Assembly: GCA_964540295.1 (NCBI GenBank)
Contig: CAZIMT010000001.1
Coordinates: 15,913-65,809, forward strand
DNA: 49,897 nt
DNA from: an uncultured Phycisphaeraceae bacterium
GTDB taxonomy: Bacteria; Planctomycetota; Phycisphaerae; Phycisphaerales; UBA1924
Reading direction: 5' to 3'
Below the pieces are notes generated by a model. It did not search any database. It was not told where the DNA came from and saw only the letters and a program-made list of their open reading frames with translations. The position numbers and the translations under genes were made by a program. This document shows, piece by piece, positions 40,830-49,094 of the stretch. How positions within the stretch are numbered: position 1 is the stretch's first letter; every line of letters begins with the position of its first letter.

Positions 40830-41606
40830 TCACTGCGGCGCAACCGCAGCCCGCACGATGCTCACAAAGTCCGCCGGCTTCAAACTCGCTCCGCCGATCA
40901 ACCCGCCGTCGATATCTGGCTGCCGAAAAAGTTCCACCGCGTTCGACGGCTTGACCGACCCGCCGTAGATAATCCGCACCCGCTGGGCCGTGTCCTCGCC
41001 GTAGAGATTCCCGAGCAGCTTCCGCAGCTTCGCGTGCACCGCCTGCGCATCCTCGGGCGTGGCCGTCTTGCCCGTGCCGATCGCCCACACCGGCTCGTAC
41101 GCCACCGTCAGCCGCTCGATATGGTCGCCCGGGACGTCGGCCAATCCCGTGCGCATCTGCCGCTGGTTCACCGGGTCGGTGTGCCCGGCCGTGCGCTCAT
41201 CGAGCGTCTCGCCCACGCACAAAATCGCCTCAAGCCCGGCCTCAAGCGTTGCCCGCACCTTGAGATTGACCAGCTCGTCCTTCTCACCGATCACATGCCG
41301 CCGCTCGCTGTGCCCGCACAGGACAACTCCCGTGCCGCAGTCCTTGAGCATGTCCAGCGAGACCTCGCCCGTGAACGCCCCGTCGGGCTTGGGGTAGCAG
41401 TCCTGGGCCCCGAGCTCGATCGACGACGAACGGTCGCGCAAAATCGAGCGCACGCTCAGCAGGTACGGGAACGGCGGAAAAATCGCCACGTCCACGCCCT
41501 CGATCCGCGTCAGCCCGTCCACCACGCCGCGCGTCAGGTCCGCCGACGTGGCCCGGTTCGTGTACATCTTCCAGTTGCCACCGACATACGGCTTGCGTTC
41601 TTTCAA
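40830..41606 (-). CDS. tpiA: Triosephosphate isomerase
   Basis: GGNWKMY, LCGHSERR, AYEPVWAIGTGKTA and IIYGGSVKP are present. Confidence 0.95.
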   Translation of the reverse strand: MKERKPYVGGNWKMYTNRATSADLTRGVVDGLTRIEGVDVAIFPPFPYLLSVRSILRDRSSSIELGAQDCYPKPDGAFTGEVSLDMLKDCGTGVVLCGHSERRHVIGEKDELVNLKVRATLEAGLEAILCVGETLDERTAGHTDPVNQRQMRTGLADVPGDHIERLTVAYEPVWAIGTGKTATPEDAQAVHAKLRKLLGNLYGEDTAQRVRIIYGGSVKPSNAVELFRQPDIDGGLIGGASLKPADFVSIVRAAVAPQ

Positions 41607-41829
41607 TGCGGGTCTCCTGCCAGTGATATCGGCCTTTCAGGCCGCGCTGATGGGCTTTTCGGGCTTCTTCGTGGAGTCTAGCGTCGTCGTTCGCAGGAAT
41701 GAACCTTCCACACGCCCCCGAGCCTACCCTTCCGGCCTTCCGGGTTTGCACCAGCCTAAACGCCAGAGCCCAGATTTCGCCGCCAGCCCCGCGTCAGCTC
41801 CTTTACCACTCGATCACGGAGATTTTCGC

Positions 41830-42300
41830 ATGGAAACCACCCTCATCATCCTCAAGCCCGACGCCGTCCAGCGCGGGCTCGTGGGCCGCATCCTCACCCG
41901 CTTCGAGGACAAGGGGCTGCAGGTCGTCGGCTGTAAGCTCATGCAGATCAGCCAGCAGCTCGCGGCCACGCACTACGAGGCCCACCAAGCCCGTCCGTTC
42001 TACCCCGGGCTGGTCAAGTTCATGACCAGCTCGCCCGTCCTCGTCCTGGCTGTCCGCGGCATGGGCGCAATCGGCATCGCCCGCAATTTGATGGGCGCGA
42101 CCTTCGGCTCCAAGGCCAACCCCGGCACCATCCGCGGCGACTTCGGCGTCTCCAACAGCTTCAACCTCATCCACGGCTCGGACAGCCCCGAGGCCGCCGA
42201 ACGCGAACTCGGCCTCTTCTTCCAGCCCGGCGAAGTTCTCAACTTCACACGCGCCAGCGAGGTCTGGGTGTACGACATGAGCGGCGGCAAGCCCGAGTAA
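41830..42300 (+). CDS. ndk: Nucleoside-diphosphate kinase
   Basis: ATG 41830 lies inside ORF 41548..42300. The motifs are ETTLIILKPDAVQRGLVGRILTRFE, PFYPGLVKFMTSSPVLVLAV, GTIRGDFG and NLIHGSDS. Confidence 0.95.
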   Translation: METTLIILKPDAVQRGLVGRILTRFEDKGLQVVGCKLMQISQQLAATHYEAHQARPFYPGLVKFMTSSPVLVLAVRGMGAIGIARNLMGATFGSKANPGTIRGDFGVSNSFNLIHGSDSPEAAERELGLFFQPGEVLNFTRASEVWVYDMSGGKPE

Positions 42301-42344
42301 ACTGGTTCGCCGTTTTCTTCACTTTCAATCTCGCAACCTTGTGA

Positions 42345-42372
42345 AGCAGGCGCCCCGCCTGCTCTGTTTTTT
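42345..42372. terminator. Rho-independent terminator between the convergent ndk and dinB-like genes
   Basis: AGCAGGCG (42345-42352), loop CCC, then CGCCTGCT (42356-42363) form a perfect 8-bp stem. CTGTTTTTTG follows. A T-run follows on the + strand only. Confidence 0.65.
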
Positions 42373-42429
42373 GTACGTCTTCATTTCTACGTCTTCGCCT
42401 CTGATCGCAGACGCTCGGCTGGCGTGCGC

Positions 42430-43674
42430 TCATAGCGCCTCGCGCGAGCTCGGTATCCTCCCGAACGCGATTTTGTCGTCCATCGGCTGCCGCACGTGGT
42501 GCATCGACCCGACATAGATTGACGACAGCCCCCATTTGCCGTGGATCGCGTCGATCGTGCGCGAGAGCCGCACCGAACGGTCCGCGCGCTCGAACAAGTT
42601 CCCCGCCACCTGCCCGACCGGGACCAGCCCCGACACCACCGCGCCCACCTGCCACGGCGGCCGCGCTCCAACCTCACGTCGTTTCCAAAGCCGGTAGAAC
42701 GCTTCCAGAAGACTCGCGTTGTCCTGCACCGACGGCAGTTCGAGCGAGCTTGAAAAAGCCTCGTCGCGGTCGTCCGACACGCTGACGCTCAGCGCCGTGG
42801 CGAGGTACCCGTCGCTCCGCAGCCGCCCGCCAAGCCTGCACACCAGCCGCGTCAGGATCCCGCGGGCCCCGGCCTCATTACGGAAGCGTGGCTCCAGCAC
42901 GTTCGAGTGGCTCATCGATCGCCGCCGCGTCGAGATTTCCGGCTCGTCGATCCCATGAAACCCGGCCCACCACTGCGCCCCCGACACCGACCCCCACACG
43001 GCGACGCTCTGCCGCCGATCTAGGCCCCACAGGTCGCGGATCGTGCGCACGCCGTTCGATTCAAGCCGCTTGACCATCCCAGCCCCGATACCGACCAGAC
43101 TCTGAAGAGAGTGCCCCTCGAACCGGTCGGGGAGATCGCGGATTTCGAGCACCGTCATTCCGTCAGGTTTTTGCAGATCGCTGCCGATCTTGGCGAGCAG
43201 CCGCGTCGGCGCGATGCCGATCGAGCAGGTGATGCATGCCCCGTGATCCTGAAGAATCTGCGCCTTAATCTGCTGGCCGAGTTCTACGGCTTGATGCGCT
43301 CCCCGCTGGGCCTTGCAGAGCCTGATCGCCCACTCGTCGATCGAGTACGCCTTGTGGATGAGGGCGTGGCGGTTGATAGACACCGCGATCGCGTGATGGC
43401 TGCGCACATACTCCGCAGGCCTGGCTTTGACGAACCGGATACCTGGGCACAGCACGCGAGCCTCACGCACGCCCGTGCCGGTCTTGATCCCGAACCTCTT
43501 GGCCTCGCGGCTCGCGGCGATCACGCACGAGCCGTCGCTCTCGACCGGGATGACCGCGACCGGCATCTCGCGCAGCTCGGGCCGGAGCTGCTGCTCGACG
43601 GAGGCGAAGAACGAGTTCATGTCCACAAAGAGCCAAGCCAAGGGCAGCGAATCGATGGACGGTCCGGTCTTCAT
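42430..43674 (-). CDS. dinB: Y-family DNA polymerase (DinB/Pol IV-like)
   Basis: WLFVDMNSFFASVEQ is the catalytic DxxxF(F/Y)AxVE motif. SIDEWAI and SIGIAPTRLLAKIGSDLQKPDG are present. The first ATG is at 43674, and the ORF opens at TTG 43695. Confidence 0.8.
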   Translation of the reverse strand: MKTGPSIDSLPLAWLFVDMNSFFASVEQQLRPELREMPVAVIPVESDGSCVIAASREAKRFGIKTGTGVREARVLCPGIRFVKARPAEYVRSHHAIAVSINRHALIHKAYSIDEWAIRLCKAQRGAHQAVELGQQIKAQILQDHGACITCSIGIAPTRLLAKIGSDLQKPDGMTVLEIRDLPDRFEGHSLQSLVGIGAGMVKRLESNGVRTIRDLWGLDRRQSVAVWGSVSGAQWWAGFHGIDEPEISTRRRSMSHSNVLEPRFRNEAGARGILTRLVCRLGGRLRSDGYLATALSVSVSDDRDEAFSSSLELPSVQDNASLLEAFYRLWKRREVGARPPWQVGAVVSGLVPVGQVAGNLFERADRSVRLSRTIDAIHGKWGLSSIYVGSMHHVRQPMDDKIAFGRIPSSREAL

Positions 43675-43840
43675 TACCGAACAAAGTACTATCAAGTTGA
43701 GCGTCAGTCAACGGTTTTGTGCGAAATTCGCCGCACTAAGGTGGTTGAAAATCTTTACGAGCCAACGCCGGGCGCGCGGAGAATGACGGACCACTTTTCA
43801 AGGGTGCCGTGTTACCACGCGAGCTCAGGTTTGAAATCGC

Positions 43841-44104
43841 TTAGCCGATCGGCGCGGGACTGGCGTTGGACTTGACGATCACTTCCACGGTCATGCCGTC
43901 GCTGGTGTTCACGACCGAGCCAGCCCCGTCTTGGGCGAGAATCTGGTCCGCGATTTCGCGGCGGTGGATGTCCACGTCGCGCGGGAAATCGAACGCGATC
44001 CGCACGCGATCACCCTTGACCGAGGCGATCCGCAACACACCGAGCGGATTCTTGGGGTCGCCGATAACGACCTCCTCGCCCTCTCGCCTCGTGATCACCA
44101 ACAT
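43841..44104 (-). CDS. csrA: Carbon storage regulator CsrA with a C-terminal extension
   Basis: ATG 44104 lies inside ORF 43841..44209. MLVITRREGEEVVIGD...IASVKGDRVRIAFDFPRDVDIHRREI matches the CsrA fold sequence. The protein is 87 aa, about 25 aa longer than the core domain. A GGAAGGAG RBS lies upstream. Confidence 0.9.
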   Translation of the reverse strand: MLVITRREGEEVVIGDPKNPLGVLRIASVKGDRVRIAFDFPRDVDIHRREIADQILAQDGAGSVVNTSDGMTVEVIVKSNASPAPIG

Positions 44105-44439
44105 TCTGCGACTCCTTCCGTCACTCCGCGAACATCCAGCGCCCACCAGCGACTCGGTCGTTCGCGTTCCGATCCCTCGGGTATGATTTATACCGCGCCG
44201 TGGCGGCAAAGAGAAGAGACAATGCTAGAAAAGTGCGGCGCGATATTTCCAAGACCGATTCAAACCCTTTGTGAGACTGCGTTTGCGGAATTCTGAGGTC
44301 GCGCCGCCGGTGTGGGGTGTAAACCCTGTGCGTAACTAGGTGCGGACGTTTAGGCAACACGGCACGGTGTTGAAATGGCGATGCTGCGTGGTCTGGGTGA
44401 CCTAAAGATCTGCCGCCAAGATTAAAAGTCGGGCTGCTC

Positions 44440-44706
44440 TTATGCCACCGCTTCGACCGCCAGCACCTCTGGAACGTGGGCCTTGAGGTTTCGCTCGATT
44501 CCGACCCGGAGCGTAATCGAGCTGGACGGGCAGCCGACGCACGCGCCGTGCAGGCGGATTTGCACCACTCCGTTGGGGGTGACGCCGACGAGTTCGAGGT
44601 CGCCGCCGTCGGCTTGGACGGCGGGTCGGATCAGGTTGATGACCTTGGCGACGCGCTCGTGCAGCGGCTTGGGGTCGGCGTTGAACTCTTGGGCGGCAGT
44701 AGACAT
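44440..44706 (-). CDS. NifU C-terminal-domain (Nfu-type) Fe-S cluster protein
   Basis: An 88-aa protein. IRPAVQADGGDLELVGV...VQIRLHGACVGCPSSSITL carries the CxxC motif. Confidence 0.85.
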   Translation of the reverse strand: MSTAAQEFNADPKPLHERVAKVINLIRPAVQADGGDLELVGVTPNGVVQIRLHGACVGCPSSSITLRVGIERNLKAHVPEVLAVEAVA

Positions 44707-44775
44707 GTTCAGACGAGATTGTAGAGGGGTGCGACGGCTCGCGTCGGTCGGTGAGGCGAGGCTTAGACTCCGGTC

Positions 44776-46407
44776 ATGAGCATCGTGAGATTCCCGGGCG
44801 TGCGGACGGCGTGGGTGAATGTGGGGCTGGCGGTCGGTGCGGCGATTGTGCTGATGATCAGCGCGGGCTGCTCGGGCACGTCCAAGCGGCAGGCTGCGGA
44901 CCCGACGGTGGAGATGCAGAACGCGGGGATCGACTCGGTTGATCGGGCGGCGGCGTTCGAGCGAGCGTGGGCGAGCACGAGCGATTCGCCCAAGGACCGG
45001 GCCGTGCTGCGTGAGGCGGCCAAGACGCTGGCGTGGAAGGTCTCGACGCCGATGGTTGTGCGCACGCGGATCGTGACGACGCTGGTGAACGACACGGACC
45101 CGGCGGGGGCGGCGGACGCGCGGACGATGGCGCGGCTGATGATCTCGCGCGAGACGAGCCGGGCGATGGTGGCGTTTTTGTGCGAGTTGGTTTCGACGCG
45201 GGGGTGGGCCGAGTGCGGTCCTGAGCTCATCCGGAGTTACGCGCGGCCCGTGCGCGAGGTGCCGGATTTGCAGCGCGGCGAGCGTGTCGCGTTGACGATG
45301 CTGTTCCCGGATCGGAAGCTCGAGGACCTGGTCTTTGACTTATTCCTGCATCCGGAATCTGGCTCGCGCGCGGGTGCGGGCGCGGGTGAGGGCGCTGGTC
45401 TGATCGCGGAGAAGTCGGGGACTTCGGCGCGGGTGGACGCGAGAAACTGGGACGAGCTGCTGCGCTCTGACTGTTGGGACTTGCTGGCGCGGCTGGACGC
45501 GGACGGCACGTATCGAGCAGAGATTTTGGTGGGGCCGGTCGGGGCGTCGTCGAGTGAGCCGATTGTGAGAGATTTACGGGCGTGCGTGGCGGAGTTGAAG
45601 GCCGTGCCGTTGACGGGGAATGAATTGAAGTGGGTGCGTTCGCTGCACGACGCGAGCAAGGCGGGGAATGCGGGGTGGTGGGCGGAGGCGTCCTCGGCGA
45701 TCGCGGGGCTTCGGACGGAACAGACGAAGGTGTTGCAGGTGCGGCACGCCGAGCCGGTGCGGTGGGCCAAGGCGCATCGGGCGGCGTGGCTGGCGATGTC
45801 GCGGGCGGAGTTGTTGTCGGAGATCAGCAAACGGATCGAGGCGCGCGACCGTTATTCGCGGACGGGCGACGACGCGACAAACGGCATCCCGGTGCGGCAG
45901 GACCTCGCGTTCTGGGCGGGCTCGATGCGGTGGGGCGATCTGCTGACGATGCTGGTGCTCGATGACGCGACGCGGCAGCCGCTGATGGTCGCGGAGTTGT
46001 TCCGGCACGCGGAGGTCGATCGGCGCGATACCTCGACGGAGATGGGCGGGCTGATCGAGCCAGCCGCGGCGCTGAAGTCTGGAGAGACGGGCAGGAGCGA
46101 CGATCAGTTCCGGGCGCGGTTGTTCCGGCCTCGTTCGGCGGAGCGGCGTGGTGATGAGCAGTTCGTGGCGTCGGACGACATGGTGGCGGCGGCGGACCGA
46201 TCGACGGCGAGCTATCACTTTCACGCGCAGAACGCGCGGAACGGGGAGTACGCGGGCCCGAGCGTGGGAGACTTGCAGTTCGCGGCCCGGTCGGGGCGGA
46301 ATTGCCTGGTTTTTACGACGGTTTCGCGAACGCGGATCAACGTGGACTACTACCAGCCAGATGGGGTGGTGGTGGACCTGGGGTCGATCGATCAGGCGTC
46401 GCGGTGA
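44776..46407 (+). CDS. Hypothetical lipoprotein with a C-terminal JAMM/MPN-like motif
   Basis: A 543-aa ORF with a lipobox-like LMISAGC. The C-terminal region contains STEMGGLIE (Glu codon 46039-46041) and YHFHAQNARNGEYAGPSVGD (46216-46272), which reads H-x-H-x12-S-x-x-D. I recognised no other family. Confidence 0.55.
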   Translation: MSIVRFPGVRTAWVNVGLAVGAAIVLMISAGCSGTSKRQAADPTVEMQNAGIDSVDRAAAFERAWASTSDSPKDRAVLREAAKTLAWKVSTPMVVRTRIVTTLVNDTDPAGAADARTMARLMISRETSRAMVAFLCELVSTRGWAECGPELIRSYARPVREVPDLQRGERVALTMLFPDRKLEDLVFDLFLHPESGSRAGAGAGEGAGLIAEKSGTSARVDARNWDELLRSDCWDLLARLDADGTYRAEILVGPVGASSSEPIVRDLRACVAELKAVPLTGNELKWVRSLHDASKAGNAGWWAEASSAIAGLRTEQTKVLQVRHAEPVRWAKAHRAAWLAMSRAELLSEISKRIEARDRYSRTGDDATNGIPVRQDLAFWAGSMRWGDLLTMLVLDDATRQPLMVAELFRHAEVDRRDTSTEMGGLIEPAAALKSGETGRSDDQFRARLFRPRSAERRGDEQFVASDDMVAAADRSTASYHFHAQNARNGEYAGPSVGDLQFAARSGRNCLVFTTVSRTRINVDYYQPDGVVVDLGSIDQASR

Positions 46408-46536
46408 TGGCGTAGCAGCGACGTGCCAAGAGCGTGCGGCTTGCTACGAACCCTGCCGTGGGAGTGGAGCATGTTTGCGTGAGAGTGCCAATCTCAAGCT
46501 CGCGCGCGAGGTTCGTTGAGAGACGATGAACTGTGT

Positions 46537-47277
46537 TCACGGGCTGGGCACGAGGATCGTTTGCCCGCTCTCGGCGTCGCGTTCACCGGTTGCGCACTGA
46601 ACGATGACGCTCGCGACGGCACGAGGCGTCAAGGTTCTCGTGCGTGGTAAGGCATCTTTAGAGATGATTGCGCGGAGCATGTCGGTTTCGACAGCGCCGG
46701 GAGCGACGGCAAAGGCGCGGATGCCGTGCGTGCGGCCTTCGTTGGAGGCGGCGAACGCCAGCAGGTTCATCGAGGCCTTGGCTGCGGAGTACGCGAAGAA
46801 GCCGGGGAATGGATCGACGGCGGCCAAGGAGGAGACGTTGACGATGCGGCCGGATTTCTGGCGGAGCATGGTCGGCCAGACGGCGGCGATAAAGATCGCA
46901 GGGGCGATGGCGTTGATGGCGAAGACCTCGCGGATGAGCTGGGGATTGTGCTGATCGATCGCGGCCATGGGCGCGAAGCCAGCGTTGTTGATGAGCGCGT
47001 CGATGCGGCCGAAGCGGGCGAGGGTGGATGTGATCACTGATTGGAGTTGAGTTTCGTCGGAGACGTCGGCGGGCGCGGCGAGCCATTGAGAGTTGAGCAT
47101 CGCGCCGGTTTCCGTGAGGCGATCGAGACGGCGGCCGACGAGGACGAGGCGGTGGCCGCGGGCGGAGAGGAGCTCGCTGGTGGCGCGGCCGATGCCCGAG
47201 CCGGCGCCGGTGATGATGGCGACGAGGTGTGAAGTTTCGGCTTCGCGCGCGAGGTCGGTTGGTGCGTTGCCTGGCAT
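46537..47277 (-). CDS. Short-chain dehydrogenase/reductase (classical SDR)
   Basis: ATG 47277 lies inside ORF 46537..47670. VAIITGAGSGIGRAT is the TGxxxGxG motif, NNAG is present, and YSAAKAS is the YxxxK motif. Confidence 0.85.
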   Translation of the reverse strand: MPGNAPTDLAREAETSHLVAIITGAGSGIGRATSELLSARGHRLVLVGRRLDRLTETGAMLNSQWLAAPADVSDETQLQSVITSTLARFGRIDALINNAGFAPMAAIDQHNPQLIREVFAINAIAPAIFIAAVWPTMLRQKSGRIVNVSSLAAVDPFPGFFAYSAAKASMNLLAFAASNEGRTHGIRAFAVAPGAVETDMLRAIISKDALPRTRTLTPRAVASVIVQCATGERDAESGQTILVPSP

Positions 47278-47374
47278 GGGTGTGATTGTAGAGAGCGGCG
47301 TGTGAGGCGCTCGGGAGCGAACGGTTGCGCGGTGCGTGGGCTGTTCACGAGCGGAGCGGCCGTACACTCCGGCC

Positions 47375-48964
47375 ATGCCGTGGTTGCGTGTGATCCTGCC
47401 GTTGGCGATGCTGTTGATTCTGGGTGTGCCGTTTTTGCTGCGTCCTGCGGGGGTGGGTGAGAAGGACGTGCCAGCGGAGCAGACGGTGGTGATCGTGACG
47501 CCGCATGTGACGCAGTTGCGGTACGAGTTCGAGCTCGGATTTGGGCGTTGGCACCAGCGTGTGTACGGCAAGCCAGCGCGGGTGGTGTGGCTGGTCCCTG
47601 GCGGGACGAGCGAGATCGTTAAGCAGTTGCAGGCCAAGTACAACGCGGCGCTGCGGACGGGCGAGATCAAGCCTGATGGATCGTGCGAGGCGGGGACGAT
47701 CCCGATCGACCTGATGTTCGGCGGCGGCTCGTTCGATCACATGCGGCTCAAGAACGGCGACGGTGTGGAGATCGAGGTTGCGGACTCGGCGGGCGGGCTG
47801 GCGAAGAAGGTGAAGATCTCGATGTCGGTCCCGGCGAGGTTCTCGAAGGAGCAGCTCGACGGGTGGTTCGGCGAGAATCTGGTCGGGGTGCAGAATCTGT
47901 ACGACCCGGGGCAGTACTGGATGGGCACGGCGTTGTCGGGGTTCGGGATCGTGTACAACCGCGAACTGGTCGCTAAGCTGGACCTGCCCGAGCCGGCGGC
48001 GTTCGAGGATCTGTGCAGGCCCGAGTATTTCGGGTGGATCGGGCTGGCGGACCCGCGGCAATCGGGGTCTGTGACGACGACGTTCGATGCGATCCTGTCG
48101 AGTTCGAAGTGGACGCAGGGGTGGCGGATCCTTCGTGACATGACGGCCAACGCTCGGTACTTCACGAACTCGTCGACCAAGCCGCCGATCGATATCGGTC
48201 AGGGGGACGCGGCCGCGGGTCTGGCGATTGATTTTTACGGGCGGAATCAGTCGCAATCGATCCTGCGCGACGGGCAGGACCCGGCGACAAGCCGCGTGGG
48301 GTATGTGGACCCCAAGGGCGCGGTGAGCATCGATGCGGACCCGGCGTCGATCTTGCGCGGCGGGCCGAACCCGGTGATGGCAACGCGGTTTGTTGAGTTT
48401 TGTTTGACGGAAGAGGGGCAGGCGTTGTGGCAGTTCAGGCCGAGCACGGACTCGGCTTCGGCGGGCAACCCCGTGGGCGCGGACGGCGTGAAGATGGGTC
48501 CGGAGCGTTACTCGTTGCGGCGGATGCCGGTGCGGCGCGTGATGTTCGAGAAGTACTGGTCGCACTTGACGGACCAGGTGAACCCGTTCGAGCTGGCGAG
48601 CAAGACCAAGCCAGCGGGGTGGCGGAACGCGATCGGGATCATGATGGGCGCGTTCGCGATCGACACGGCCGACGAGCAGAGAGAGGCGGCGGCGGCGCTG
48701 CGTGCCGCGCGTGGGCGTGCCGGGTTCCCGGCGCAGACGCTGAGCGAGATGGAGGGGCTGTTCTACGCGTTCCCGAGCCAGACGATGGTGGACGGCCGGA
48801 CGCTTGAGTTCACGGAGGCGAACTTCTCGGCGTTCAAGGAACACTGGCGCGACGCGGAGCGCACGAGCCTGGCGAAGGTTGACTACACCACGTTCTTCCG
48901 TGCGAACTACCGGCGGATCGTCGAGCTTTCGAGGAGTTCCGGGGTTGTCGCGGGTTCGCGTTGA
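47375..48964 (+). CDS. Extracellular solute-binding protein (ABC-type, family 1-like) with an N-terminal membrane anchor
   Basis: ATG 47375 (MPWLRVILPLAMLLILGVPFLL). The composition and motifs are SBP-like: VVIVTPH, GGTSEIVKQL, GFGIVYNRELVAKL, IGLADPRQSGSVTTTFDAIL. No permease or ATPase gene is adjacent in this window. Confidence 0.65.
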   Translation: MPWLRVILPLAMLLILGVPFLLRPAGVGEKDVPAEQTVVIVTPHVTQLRYEFELGFGRWHQRVYGKPARVVWLVPGGTSEIVKQLQAKYNAALRTGEIKPDGSCEAGTIPIDLMFGGGSFDHMRLKNGDGVEIEVADSAGGLAKKVKISMSVPARFSKEQLDGWFGENLVGVQNLYDPGQYWMGTALSGFGIVYNRELVAKLDLPEPAAFEDLCRPEYFGWIGLADPRQSGSVTTTFDAILSSSKWTQGWRILRDMTANARYFTNSSTKPPIDIGQGDAAAGLAIDFYGRNQSQSILRDGQDPATSRVGYVDPKGAVSIDADPASILRGGPNPVMATRFVEFCLTEEGQALWQFRPSTDSASAGNPVGADGVKMGPERYSLRRMPVRRVMFEKYWSHLTDQVNPFELASKTKPAGWRNAIGIMMGAFAIDTADEQREAAAALRAARGRAGFPAQTLSEMEGLFYAFPSQTMVDGRTLEFTEANFSAFKEHWRDAERTSLAKVDYTTFFRANYRRIVELSRSSGVVAGSR

Positions 48965-49094
48965 GCGGGCGTGGCGACAATCCGATGAACGTTTCATAAG
49001 TTCAAGCTCTTTGGTGCCGCGGCCTTCCTTGTTGTCGTATTTGATCGTGGAGAAAGTTGGAACATCGAGCGCCGTTGGGCGCAAGGGAGAGGCC

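Noticed and set aside
47345-49084. 579-aa minus-strand ORF
   Set aside because: It is antisense to the solute-binding protein gene. The product is extremely Arg/Pro/His-rich with no motifs. The + strand product has a signal anchor and SBP-like composition.
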